Of a stretch of 64,000 nt of DNA, positions 37,744 through 50,444 are shown one piece after another. The stretch is from Macrostomum lignano. Lineage: Eukaryota. The stretch is from positions 62,001 through 126,000 of the forward strand of contig NIVC01000024.1 of assembly GCA_002269645.1 (NCBI GenBank), given 5' to 3'. The notes beneath the pieces are model-generated. The model saw nothing but the letters and a program-made list of their open reading frames with translations. It was not told where the DNA came from and made no database searches. Numbering within the stretch: position 1 is the first letter of the stretch; each line of letters begins with the position of its first letter. A program made the position numbers and the translations under genes.

Positions 37744-40326
37744 ATGTCTAATGCGCAGCAGCAGGACAAATCAGACAATGGCACTCTTGCCTCTGATAGC
37801 ACTGCCAATTCAACCGAGCAGGCTAATGCTAATAAACAGTCGGGTGAGCAGCAACCGAAACAACAGCAACAGAAGCAACAAGCTGCTCAATACGCCTTTG
37901 CTGGTTATCAGCGCCCAATCGGTCAGGGTGCACCGTGGCCGCCTCCGCCCTACGGTCCGCAGCATCACGGCGTCGCTTCGGCAGCTCCCGGCGCCGGCGG
38001 ATGGGCCGGCGGCTCCTTTGACGACGGCTCGTCGGTGCCAGCAGCCTGGGGAGGCTACGGGGCATCCAACTATCCGCAGCAGCAGCAGCAGCGTCGCCAA
38101 CAGCAGCAGCAGCAGCAATACCCAGTTGGTGGCGGCGGCATTGAACGGGGCATGGCCAGTTTAAGAACGGCAGGCACCTCTGCCGGCACCGCTCCGCCCA
38201 AGGATGCCGATTTCCCGGCCCTGTCAGGCGGCAGCAACAATGGCGGCGGCAACGGCGGACCGTCTGGCAGGCAGGCGGTGTCCAAGTCTTGGGCTAAGAT
38301 AGCCGCGGGTTCGAATCCGCCACAGACGCAGCAGCAGCAGCAGCAACAAGAGCAGGATCTGCAACAGGAACAGCAGGTTAGTGCTTTTTTTAATCAAAGC
38401 CTGTTTTTTATAGATGGAGTTTATTAAATCCGTATTGTATTTAAAAATATTCAAGTAGTTGAATATCCCGGATGTGTCACAGATCAAACCCAGTTTGAAT
38501 ATCCCGGATGTGCCACAGATCAAACCCAGTTTGAATATCCCGGATGTGCTACAGATCAAACCCAGTTTGAATATCCCAGATTTGCCAGATCAAACCCAGT
38601 TTGAATATCCCTGATCTGCCAGACCAAACCCAGTTTGAATATCCCGGATCTGCCAGACCAAACCCAGTTTGAATATCCCGGATGTGCCAGAGATGAATTT
38701 TTGCTAATGCCGCAAATTAACTATACAAGATGATTATTTGTATTGAACTTATGCCTTCAACTCACCTCGCGCATATCACACAGGTTCCCCCGCCAAGTCA
38801 ATATCAGCAGCAGCAACAACAGCAACAGCAGTTTCAGCACAGCAAGCCTCGAGCTCTCGGTCGCGGCTACTCAATGCCGCCGCCGCCTCAGCCTCTGCCG
38901 CACCATCATCAGCAGTCGCATTTCGGCGGTCCGGGCATGTTCGGGCATCAGCACCACCACATGCAGGGCCCGCCGCCCCAGTTTCACCAGATGCCGCTGC
39001 CCCAGATGCCTCAGCCCGTGCCGCAGGGTGACCTGGACGAGCGCATTCGAACCCTGATGCAGAGCGTCAATCCTGCCAGCATCGATGTACCTGACAATTC
39101 CGAATTCTACGTTATTAAAAGCTACAGCGAAGACGATATTCATCGGGCTATTAAATATTCGATCTGGTGCAGCACTCCGCATGGTAACACGCGTTTAAAC
39201 AAAGCTTATCAGCGGGCCACGCCGCAGGGTGGCCAAGTGTTTCTGTTGTACTCGGTGAACGGATCCGGTCACTTCTGCGGAGTGGCCCTGATGACCTCCG
39301 AGGTGGACATCAGCAAGAAGGCTGGCGTCTGGTGCCAGGACAAGTGGCAGGGCCAGTTCACAATCTCTTGGCTGCTGGTCAAGGACGTGCCAAACAGTCA
39401 ATTGCGTCACATTAGGATTGTTAGCAACGAGAACAAACCCGTTACTAACTCGCGAGACTGCACTCAGGTTCGTGCTGCATGCACTTGCATTTTTATCCTG
39501 TTGTGACATCATCCTCTCTCATGAGAATCCTCTCTTCTCTTATGACAATCCCCCCTCTTATTAGATTCCCTTCTCTCTAAGGAGAATCCCCTCCTCTCTC
39601 ATGAGAATCCCCTCCTCTCTCATGAGAATCCCCTCTTCTCTTATGACAATCCCCCCTCTTATTAGATTCCCTTCTCTCTAAGGAGAATCCCCTCCTCTCT
39701 CATGAGAATCCCCTCTTCTCTTATGAGAATCCCCCTCTTATGAGGATCCCCTCCTCTCTAAGGAGAATCCCCTACTCTCTTATGAGAATCCCCTCCTCTC
39801 TTATGAGAATCCCCTCCTCTCTTATGAGGATCCCCTCCTCTCTTATGAGAATCCCCTCCTCTCTTTTGAGAATCCTCCCTCACTTATGAAAATCCTCACC
39901 TCTCTCCCTCTCCCTCATTAGAATTCCCTATCTCATTAGAATTCCCTCTTCTCTATTGAGGATCCCTCCTCTCTTATGAGGATCCCTCCACTCTTATGAG
40001 AATCCTCTCCTCTCACATGAGGATCCCCTCCTCTCTCATGCGAATCCCTTCCTCTCTCATGAGGATCCCCTCTTCTCTCATGAGAAACCTCTCCTCTCTT
40101 ATGAGAGTCCCCTCCTCTCTTATGAGAGTTCCCTCCTCTCTTATGAAAATCCCCTCCTCTCTCATGAAAATCTCCTGAACACGGCCCGCAGGTGCCGCTG
40201 GAGCAGGGCCGCCAGGTGCTGTCAATACTGCTGGCCTACCGCAACACTACTAGCATCTTTGACGATTTTAGCCACTACGACAGGCGCGAACTCGAAGGCA
40301 ACAGCGGGTTCAATATGCAGTCTTAA
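37744..40326 (+). CDS. YTHDF: YTH-domain m6A reader, YTHDF-type, 483 aa, 3 exons
   Basis: Exons 37744-38376, 38784-39467 and 40192-40326, GT-AG, phase 0. YTH motifs [60 protein letters not shown] and [11 protein letters not shown] (YTHDF-type tail). Q/G/P-rich N-terminus. Confidence 0.95.
38458..38692 (+). repeat. 36-bp minisatellite in YTHDF intron 1
   Basis: TTTGAATATCCCGGATGTGCCACAGATCAAACCCAG, about 6.5 copies. Confidence 0.92.
39510..40176 (+). repeat. 21-bp minisatellite (ATGAGAATCCCCTCCTCTCTT) filling YTHDF intron 2
   Basis: Directly visible. Confidence 0.92.
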
Positions 40327-41234
40327 TAATTTGGCTCATTATCGCTGGCCCGGGTTTTTTACTACCGCGTCACCTTAGCCTGTGGCTATTATTATAGGTT
40401 ATAAATCTATTGTTGCCAAATTAACTACATTCATACCGTTATAGCGCAAGTGAGAAGTTAAATTATTCAGATGATTTTCTTTAGTTGCCTACTCACAGCA
40501 GTAGTGTAGTTTGAATTGTATTCCTTATTTAATTACAAAACAACAATTAAAATTAAAATTAATTAGATTAGAACAGTGAATAGCGATATAGTTCTAGCTT
40601 TAATTTTCTCTTCAATTTTGTTGTTTTTTCTGTTTGCACTGATCTAACAGTGCTTCTTTCCAGTCCTTAACCTTTAACTGTTTGAATTGCCTTATTGTCA
40701 TTTTGCATTGTTGCTCGGCTTGTTCATCTCCCCTAGCGGTTTGCCTTCCATTGACCAATATATATTTAAATAATAACTACTATATAATGAACTGAAACTG
40801 CTGCTGTTAGTCCGTTATTATGAAATGTAATTAACTAATTTCTCCTTATTTAACAAATTTATGCTATTGATTGTAATTTGTGTATCCTTCATTTGATACC
40901 CCCAATATTAGTAAACTTTTTTCGGGATTTTATTTGCAAGAAGCATCTGTTGCCTTGAGAAAATATTCTAAATTCAAAGCTACTTACAGTAGTGCAGGTC
41001 GTGTCCTATTTATTTAGTTGGATTTTGCCTCTTGTCTGTTGTTTTAACTTACTTTCGTTATAATTATTCAGTACAGTATTTAAAAAAAGCTTGGCCTTTC
41101 TGTCTCATCATAACCTTGAATGCTGTTATAATTTTCCAATGACCTTTCATGTGATCTGTCAGCTGTTTTCCTTCATGCTCTGCGTTTCTAAACAATAAAG
41201 TTGGGTGCTTTTTCAATTTTTTAAGCATTAGTGG

Positions 41235-42145
41235 CTCCACAAATGAAGGCACTACTAGTGGCGCCAAAACCAGAAGCACTGCTAGTAGCGCCAAAACCAG
41301 AAGCACTGCTAGTGGCGCCAAAACCAGAAGCACTGCTAGTGGCGCCGAAAACAGAAGCACTGCTAGTGGCGCCAAAACCAGAAGCACTGCTAGTGGCGCC
41401 AAAAACAAGCGCTGCTAGTGGCGCCAAAACCAGAAGCACTTGCTAGTAGCGCCAAAAACAGAAGCACTATTAGTGGCGCCAAAACCAGAAGCACTGCTAG
41501 TGGCGCCGAAAACAGAAGCACTGCTAGTGGCGCCAAAACCAGAAGCACTGCTAGTGGCGCCGAAAACAGAAGCACTGCTAGTGGCGCCAAAAACAGGCGC
41601 AATAGTGGCGCCAAAAACAGGCGCACTATTAGTAGCGCCAAAACAGGCGCACTAATAGTGGCGCCAAAAACAAGCGCTGCTAGTGGCGCCAAAACCAGAA
41701 GCACTTGCTAGTAGCGCCAAAAACAGGCGCAATAGTGGCGCCAAAACCAGAAGCACTGCTAGTGGCGCCAAAACCAGAAGCACTGCTAGTGGCGCCGAAA
41801 ACAGAAGCACTGCTAGTGGCGCCAAAACCAGAAGCACTGCTAGTGGCGCCAAAAACAGGCGCACTATTAGTAGCGCCAAAAACAGGCGCAATAGTGGCGC
41901 CAAAACCAGAAGCACTGCTAGTGGCGCCAAAACCAGAAGCACTGCTAGTGGCGCCGAAAACAGAAGCACTGCTAGTGGCGCCAAAACCAGAAGCACTGCT
42001 AGTGGCGCCAAAAACAAGCGCTGCTAGTGGCGCCAAAACCAGAAGCACTTGCTAGTAGCGCCAAAAACAGAAGCACTATTAGTGGCGCCAAAACCAGAAG
42101 CACTGCTAGTGGCGCCACAAACAGAAGCACTGCTAGTGGCGCCGA
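41235..42145. repeat. 27-bp-based minisatellite (GCACTGCTAGTGGCGCCAAAACCAGAA) with variant units and higher-order repetition
   Basis: Directly visible. It explains the ORFs at 41064-42306. Confidence 0.95.
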
Positions 42146-42604
42146 CAAACAAAAGTGACATCAAGTTTAAAAAGCTGATGGAAATATTTCAGCCGCTATT
42201 TTTTTCGCAAACTCGTTTAATTAAAGCTCTCACTCTCTCAGAAAATTTAGCTGTACTAATGTCACCAGTTGGCTTATTTTTCCGTCTAAGCTGTTATTTA
42301 AGCTGAAAATCTGAGCGCAAAATCTGTTGATAAAGAGAGCTAATAGTTTGCTGCCTTCCAATCCAAGTAAGTAAACGAGCCGTCTTTTTTGCTTGTCAGT
42401 TGTGCCGCCAGTAATAAGAATGCTGATTAAAATTTGGAATAATAAATATATGAATAAATGTTCTGAGTAGAACTGCAAGATGACACTCAGTGCGAAGTTT
42501 CCTGTTTGAAATTTGGACCGATTTGTTGCTTAGGTCTGAAACTCGTTTCTAGTGTTCTTCTAGAAGCGCATTTCTGCTTTTTAATGCAAAATGTTACCCA
42601 AAGG

Positions 42605-43305
42605 TCCTCAGTTGCTGGGTCAGCCTCCCAGATCCTCAATTGCTTGGCCAGCCTCCCAGATCCTCAGTTGCTGGGCCAGCCTCCCAGATCCTCAGTTGCT
42701 GGTCAGCCTCTCAGATCCTCAGTTGCTGGTCAGCCTCTCAGATCCTCAGTTGCTGGTCAGCCTCTCAGATCCTCAGTTGCTGGTCAGCCTCTCAGATCCT
42801 CAGTTGCTGGTCAGCCTCTCAGATCCTCAGTTACTGGGTCAGCCTCTCAGATCCTCAGTTGCTGGGCCAGCCTCTCAGATCCTCAGTTGCTGGGTCAGCC
42901 TCTCAGATCCTCAGTTGCTGGGTCAGCCTCCCAGATCCTCAGTTGCTGGTCAGCCTCCCAGATCCTCAGTTACTGGGTCAGCCTCTCAGATCCTCAGTTG
43001 CTGGGCCAGCCTCTCAGATCCTCAGTTGCTGGGTCAGCCTCTCAGATCCTCAGTTACTGGGTCAGCCTCTCAGATCCTCAGTTGCTGGGTCAGCCTCTCA
43101 GATCCTCAGTTACTGGGTCAGCCTCTCAGATCCTGTTGCTGGTCAGCCTCTCAGATCCTCAGTTGCTGGTCAGCCTCTCAGATCCTCAGTTGCTGGGTCA
43201 GCCTCTCAGATCCTCAGGTACTGGGTCAGCCTCTCAGATCCTCAGTTGCTGGGTCAGCCTCTCAGATCCTCAGTTGCTGGGTCAGCCTCCCAGATCCTCA
43301 TCTGA
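42605..43305 (+). repeat. 27/28-bp minisatellite (CAGTTGCTG[G]GTCAGCCTCTCAGATCCT) upstream of the first recognisable TRAPPC12 exon
   Basis: Directly visible. Same family as 17692-17990. Confidence 0.95.
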
Positions 43306-43364
43306 AACTCTTCTGCTTACTTTTAGTTGAAATCCTGAAGCAGCCAATGTTTTCATCCCTTCAG

Positions 43365-46300
43365 GACCTCCCCGATCCCGATACGGACGCGGCCGCAGCA
43401 GCAGCCGTTGACGCCCCATCGCTGGCGCCCGCGCCGCCGCATGGCCCGCTACCGCCGATGCGCCCAGTCGTGAAGTCCGACTCCCAGGTGAACGTTGGCT
43501 TCAACGTTGCAGCCTCAGTCGCCACCGCGGACTCGACCGAAACAGCCGCTGCAGTCACCTACTCCAATCCGCTAGTTGATGAAGACGATCTCGGCAACGA
43601 GTTCAATATTGGCGGGCCGGCAGCTGGCGCCACAAGCGAGCCCGGGCTGCTGGACACTGACGTCGCTAGCGCTGAGGCTGCCGAGATTCCCGACACAGTT
43701 GGCGGTCTGGCACCGCAGCAGCAGCCGCAGGGTCCATCCGAGGATCCGCCAAGCATAATTCGAGTTGTTCGACCCAGGACTACTAGCGAAACTTACGAAG
43801 CTTCTACAGAGGTCTCCCGGGCCCAGGACGAGCCTTCTCCGACGCCGCCACTGCAGCAGAAGCAGCAGCCACTGTCTGTTGCAGACTATTTTGCCGATCT
43901 GCAGATGGGCAGCGGAGCAGAAGGTGCCGGCTTTTTGGACGGTAAGGGCGTTTCGTGGATTTCATTCTTAATTAGTAGAAAACTTTAATCGGCTTTTCAA
44001 AATTAGTAGACATGCTAAGCTATATGACACATCCTTTGATCCTCAAATCAGCCCAGTTATCCCAGATTCCCAAATCAGCCCAGTTATCCCAGATCCCCAA
44101 ATCAGCCCAGTTATCCCAGATCCCCAAATCAGTTCAGTTATCCCAGATCCCCAAATCAGTTCAGTTATCCCAGATCCCCCAATCAGTTCAGTTATCCCAG
44201 ATCCCCCAATCAGCCCAGTTATCCCAGATCCCCAAATCAGCCCAGTTATCCCAGATCCCCCAATCAGCCCAGTTATCCCAGATCCCCAAATCAGCCCAGT
44301 TATCCCAGTTCCCCAAATCAGCCCAGTTATCCCAGATCCCCAAATCAGCCCAGTTATCCCAGATCCCCAAATCAGCCCAGTTATCCCAGATCTCCAAATC
44401 AGCCCAGTTATCCCAGATCCCCAAATCAGCCCAGTTGTCCCAGATCCCCCAATCAGTTCAGTTATCCCAGATCCCCCAATCAGTTCAGTTATCCCAGATC
44501 CCCCAATCAGTTCAGTTATCCCAGATCCCCAAATCAGCCCAGTTATCCCAGATCCCCAAATCAGTTCAGTTATCCCAGATCTCCAAATCAGCCCAGTTAT
44601 CCCAGATCCCCAAATCAGCCCAGTTATCCCAGATCCCCAAATCAGCCCAGTTATCCCAGATCCCCCAATCAGTTCAGTTATCCCAGATCCCCCAATCAGT
44701 TCAGTTATCCCAGATCCCCAAATCAGCCCAGTTATCCCAGATCCCCAAATCAGTTCAGTTATCCCAGATCCCCCAACAGTTCAGTTATCCCGGATCCCCA
44801 AATCAGCCCAGTTATCCCAGATCCCCAAATCAGCCCAGTTATCCCAGATCCCCAAATCAGCCTAGTTATCCCAGATCCCTAAATCAGTTCAGTTATCCCA
44901 GATCCCCCAACAGTTCAGTTATCCCAGATCCCCAAATCAGTTCAGTTATCCCAGATCCCCAAATCAGCCCAGTTATCCCAGATCCCGCCACCGATCCCGC
45001 CAGGCGCAGCCGAGCCGGACTCAACAACCGGCGAGTCTGAGGCGGACATGTTCACCGACAGCATTCGATCAGGCGAGGCGGAACGGCGCATGGACGCCTG
45101 GCTGCCGTCCGAGGCCACCCGACAGCTGCTGGACGGACTTGTGGCTGGAAAGGTGGATCCCGCTAAGGTATGCGATCCCTGATGCCTAAGCTGGTGATCC
45201 CCAATGCCCAGCTGGTGATCCCGAATGCCTCAGCTGGTGATCCCTGATGCCCCAGCTGGTGATCCCTGATGCCTAAGCTGGTGATCCCTGATGCCCCAGC
45301 TGGTGATCCCTGATGCCTAAGCTGGTGATCCCCAATGCCCAGCTGGTGATCCCGAATGCCTCAGCTGGTGATCCCGAATGCCTCAGCTGGTGATCCCGAA
45401 TGCCTCAGCTGGTGATCCCTGATGCCTCAGCTGGTGATCCCTGATGCCTCAGCTGGTGATCCCTAATGCCCAGCTGGTGATCCCTGATGCCTCAGCTGGT
45501 GATCCCTGATGCCTCAGCTGGTGATCCCTGATGCCTCAGCTGGTGATCCCTGATGCCTCAGTTGGTGATCCCTGATGCCTCAGCTGGTGATCTCGATGCC
45601 TATAATCCTATATATATAATCCTATAATCCCAGAATCCTATAATACGCCTGTAATAATCCAAATCCCCAGGTACTAATCCTAATTTCATAGGCACTAATC
45701 CTAATCCCAAAGGTACTAATGACAATCCAAATCCCTTATCCCATAGCGACACCTCTCCCATCCCATTCGCACGCAGGTTGACCCCGGCCAGCTGACCCGG
45801 CCGTCCCTGCAGCACCTGCAGCAGCAGCAACAGCAGCCGCAGGCCAATCCAATGCGCGATCTGCTTCTGCGCTTCTGCGGCGAAGCCATCGCCCGCGGCT
45901 GCGCTCCGAACGCCGATTCTGTGCCGCAGGATTCAACCGGGGCTGCTCAACTATTCCGAGCGGGTTGCTATCGGGCCTGCCTGGATCTGCTTGCCCGACT
46001 GCTGTTGCAGCATCATCAGCAGCACCAGCTGCACACGCCAGCCAGTCTCAGGCTCTGGTTCGCCAGGCTGGCCCTGCTAGTGCGCACTCGACAGCTGTCC
46101 ACGGCCGAGACTGAGCTGCTGGCGTTCCGGAATCTCGACGGCCCCGACCTGTACTATGAGTTCTATCCCGGACAGTATCCCGGGCGGAGAGGCAGCATGG
46201 TGTGTCTGGGGAGAGAAAATTATTGCGTTTCATTTGGGCGTGTTTGTTGTTCCAAAAAATAGAAATTCGTATCCCAAATTAGGATTTCCTTATCTCAAAT

Positions 46301-48650
46301 TAGGATTCCCTTATCTCAAATTAGGATTCCTATATCTCAAATTAGGATTCACTTACCTCAAATTAGGATTCCCTTATCCCAAACTAGGATTCCCATATCC
46401 CAAACTAGGATTCCCATATCCCAAATTAGGATTCCCTTATCCCAAATTAGGATTCCCTTATCTCAAATTAGGATTCCCTTATCTCAAATTAGGATTCCCT
46501 TATCTCAAATTAGGATTCCTATATCTCAAATTAGGATTTCAAATCACAAATTAGGATTCCCTTATCCCAGATTAGGATTCCCTTATCTCAAATTAGGATT
46601 CTCATATCCCAAATTAGGATTCACTTATCTCAAATTAGGATTTCCATATCCCAAATTATGATTCCTATATCCCAAATTATGATTCCTATATCCCAAATTA
46701 GGATTCACTTATCTCAAATTACTATTCCCATATCCCAAATTATGATTCCTATATCTCAAATTAGGATTCACTTATCTAAAATTAGGACTCCCATATCTAA
46801 AATTAGGATTCCCATATCTAAAATTAGGATTCCCATATCCCAAATTAGGATTCCTATATCTCAAATTAGGATTCCTATATCCCAAATTAGGATTCCTATA
46901 TCCCAAATTAGGATTTCATATCCCAAAATAGCGTAAACGCACAAGCAATAAAAGTACTCTTTGTACTCTTGCTGTCGCAGGTGCCGTTCGGCATGCGGCT
47001 GCTCCACGCCGAGCTGGGCGGCGCCAGCGCCCTCGCCCGACTGTACTTCCTGTCTGCCGTGATCGACCGCATGCTGTGCAACCTGCAGGCTGGCCTGTCC
47101 GAAGCCGGACTCGACCTGCCGCCCATGACAGCCGAACAGCGACGGGCCTCTCTGGAGCTGTGGCAACGGCGCAAAGCTGCCGTGCTGTATAGCGTGGCTA
47201 ATAACCTGGCAACGGTTGCTAAGGACCACGCCGCCGCGGCCAGGGTCTACGGTCAGCTGCTGACGCTGGATCCGGGCAACTCGGAGCGCATCTGCGCTGC
47301 TCTCGGCCGACTGTCCATGCAGGTGACTGGTTTGGGATTTGGGAGTAGCTAGAGGGATTTCACGAAGTCTTAAATCCCATATGGAATACCTTTGCCTACA
47401 GTCTCTATTTCATTGAATCCCATTGCTCACAATGTCTAATCCCATTGCTCACAGTCCCTAATCCCATTGCTCACAGTGTCTAATCCCATTGCTCACAGTT
47501 TCTTATCCCATTGCTCACAGTCTCTAATTCCATTGCTCACAGTCTCTAATCCCATTGCTCACAGTTTCTTATCCCATTGCTCACAGTGTCTAATCTCATT
47601 GCTCACAGTGTCTAATCCCATTGCTCACAGTGTCTAATCTCATTGCTCACTGTGTCTAATCCCATTGCTCACAGTGTCTAATCTCATTGCTCACAGTGTC
47701 TAATCCCATTGCTCACAGTGTCTAATCCCATTGCTCACAGTGTCTAATCCCATTGCTCACAGTGTCTAATCCCATTGCTCACAGTGTCTAATCCCATTGC
47801 TCACAGTGTCTAATCCCATTGCTAACAGTGTCTAATCTCATTGCTCACAGTGTCTAATCTCATTGCTCACAGTGTCTAATCTCATTGCTCACAGTGTCTA
47901 ATCTCATTGCTCACAGTGTCTAATCTCATTGCTCACAGTGTCTAATCTCATTGCTCACAGTGTCTAATCCCATTGCTCACAGTGTCTAATCCCATTGCTT
48001 ACAGTGTCTAATCCCATTGCTCAACAGTCTGTAATCCCATTGCTTAACAGTCTGTAATCCCAAATCTTTACACTCCAAATCCTATTACGAAGTCTAACAA
48101 AGTTCAAGATTTTTTCTTATTCTCGTTTTTGGGGTCCCTCCCTGTGCTCAAAATTCTCTGCTCAAAATCCCTCGCTGTGCTCAAAAACCTTCCTTATGCT
48201 CAAAATCCCATCCTATACTCAAAACTCCCCATTCCCATTCAGGTTGGCGATCTGCAGTCGGCGCGCCACCACCTGGGCCGGTGCGCCCAATCGGCGCCAG
48301 CGGAGCGCCGCGATTTCTACGCAGCTCAGCTGGCGGTGACGAGCGCCGACTGGGCCACCGCACAGCGCCTGTTCCGCTCCGCGCTGGACTCGAACCCCGG
48401 CAACATGCTGGCTGCCAACAACCTGGCCGTGATCTGCCTGTACACCGGCCAGCTGCGGGAGGCCATCCGGCTGCTCGAGTCGCTGCTCGAACGCCAGCCA
48501 AAGCTGGCTATCCACGAGGGCCTGGTGTTCAACTTGTGCACCATGTATGATTTGGAGTCCAGCAAGTCGGTCGGCAAGAAGACCCGGCTGTTGGAGACCG
48601 TGGCCAGACATCGGGGAGACAACTTTGATGTGGCCGCGTTCAAGTTTTGA
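43365..48650 (+). CDS. TRAPPC12: Trafficking protein particle complex subunit 12 (TTC15/TRAMM), TPR protein, about 637 aa, 5 exons
   Basis: Exons 43365-43941, 45004-45167, 45777-46199, 46981-47322 and 48243-48650, GT-AG, phases 1,0,0,0. Diagnostic [75 protein letters not shown] and VFNLCTMYDLES. The start is uncertain: in-frame ATG at 43347 or a splice acceptor at 43364. Confidence 0.93.
44045..44985 (+). repeat. 27-bp minisatellite filling TRAPPC12 intron 1
   Basis: CAGTTATCCCAGATCCCCAAATCAGCC units. Confidence 0.95.
45174..45598 (+). repeat. 22-bp minisatellite in TRAPPC12 intron 2
   Basis: CAGCTGGTGATCCCTGATGCCT units starting about 6 nt after the donor. Confidence 0.94.
46268..46926 (+). 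repeat. 21-bp minisatellite filling TRAPPC12 intron 3
   Basis: GGATTCCCTTATCTCAAATTA units. Confidence 0.94.
47412..48062 (+). repeat. 22-bp minisatellite in TRAPPC12 intron 4
   Basis: CTAATCCCATTGCTCACAGTGT units. Confidence 0.94.
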
Positions 48651-48809
48651 GTTTTGAAATCGTTTTGGATTAGCTCTTGACTTCTGATGCATTCTCAATT
48701 AATCTAGGCAATATTATTTGACTCATTTGTGAGGTCGCCTGACTCAGTTATAAATCGAGCTGACTCACTGAGGAATCACCTGACCCACTGAGGTGACTCA
48801 TTGGGGAAT

Positions 48810-49878
48810 CAACTGACCCACGCAGAGTTTGAGTCAACTGGACCCACACAGACAGATTTTGAGTCAACTGACCCACACAGACAGAGTTTGAGTCAACTGA
48901 CTCACACAGACAGTTTGAGTCAACTGACCCACACAGACAGAGTTTGACTCAACTGACCCACACAGACAGATTTTGAGTCAACTGACCCACACAGACAGAG
49001 TTTGAGTCAACTGACCCACACCGACAGATTTTGAGTCAACTGACCCACACAGACAGATTTTGAGTCAATTGACCCACACAGACAGAGTTTGAGTCAATTG
49101 ACCCACACAGACAGAGTTTGAGTCAACTGACCCACACAGACAGAGTTTGAGTCAATTGACCCACACAGACAGAGTTTGACTCAACTGACCCACACAGACA
49201 GAGTTTGAGTCAATTGACCCACACAGACAGAGTTTGAGTCAACTGACCCACACAGACAGTTTGAGTCAACTGACCCACACAGACAGAGTTTGACTCAACT
49301 GACCCACACAGACAGAGTTTGAGTCAACTGACCCACACCGACAGATTTTGAGTCAACTGACCCACACAGACAGATTTTGAGTCAACTGGACCCACGCAGA
49401 GTTTGAGTCAACTGGACCCAAACAGTTTGAGTCAATTGACCCATACAGACAGAGTTTGAGTCAATTGACCCACACAGACAGAGTTTGAGTCAATTGACCC
49501 ACACAGACAGAGTTTGAGTCAATTGACCCACACAGACAGAGTTTGAGTCAATTGACCCACACAGACAGAGTTTGACTCAACTGACCCACACAGACAGAGT
49601 TTGAGTCAATTGACCCACACAGACAGAGTTTGAGTCAATTGACCCACACAGACAGAGTTTGAGTCAATTGACCCACACAGACAGAGTTTGAGTCAACTGA
49701 CCCACACAGACAGAGTTTGAGTCAACTGACCCACACAGACAGAGTTTGAGTCAACTGACCCACACAGACAGAGTTAAGTCAACTGACCCACACATAGTTT
49801 AGTCAACTGACCCACACAGACAGAGTTTGAGTCAACTGACCCACACAGACAGAGTTTGAGTCAACTGACCCATACAGA
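48810..49878. repeat. 29-bp minisatellite downstream of TRAPPC12
   Basis: GAGTCAACTGACCCACACAGACAGAGTTT units. Confidence 0.95.
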
Positions 49879-50444
49879 GATAAAATCCTTGCTTTTAAAT
49901 ATCTACAATAAATTATGCGAATAATCTGTTGTAATTTTAAGCTGTCAATCCATATACCATGAATAGAGATTGAATGTGATGGAAGCATATTATTGTTTTT
50001 GAGCTGTATTAATTAGCCTGAGATACAAGTTAGGTATTTTTTATCTTTCTTAACCGCCACTTACGTTGTCCTTCGTGCTTTGTTCAGACTGCTTTACGTT
50101 CGCAATAGCTACCTGTATGTATTATGATATTAAATGTTATCAACTTTCATTATTATAAACTAGCTAACTAATTCTAATATTCATACCGATTTCATTTTAT
50201 GTAAATGTATTTATAGTTAATCATTGTGTCTTGAATTTTATTTTAATTATATACGCAACAGTTATGCCGCATGCTTTGGTGGTACCTTCTTGCGCTTGCT
50301 AAAATCATGAGATGTTTCTGTTGAAAATTCACTTGGCTTGTTTGCTTTTCTTTGGCGTAAATAGCATTCTTAATGCTATAATGATAGTGATAATATAAGT
50401 GCTGCAAACACTGACGGGTGCCTTTTAAATATCCGGCTCATTCA

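Noticed and set aside
41235-42145. CTCF-like motif in the array unit (CCACTAGCAGTGC)
   Set aside because: Only a partial match to the consensus, with no independent evidence.
41064-42306. ALLVAPKPE / antifreeze-like repeat ORFs
   Set aside because: All frames are open because of the 27-bp array. No signal peptide, splice or codon-bias support.
42506-43346. Long N-terminal extension of TRAPPC12 through the 28-bp array (ORF 42591-43988)
   Set aside because: The repeat-derived part is the same minisatellite as in an ACAD9 intron, and a good acceptor lies at 43364.
44012-45003. 342-aa QIPKSAQLS-repeat ORF
   Set aside because: Lies within TRAPPC12 intron 1, bounded by canonical splice sites that keep the conserved frame.
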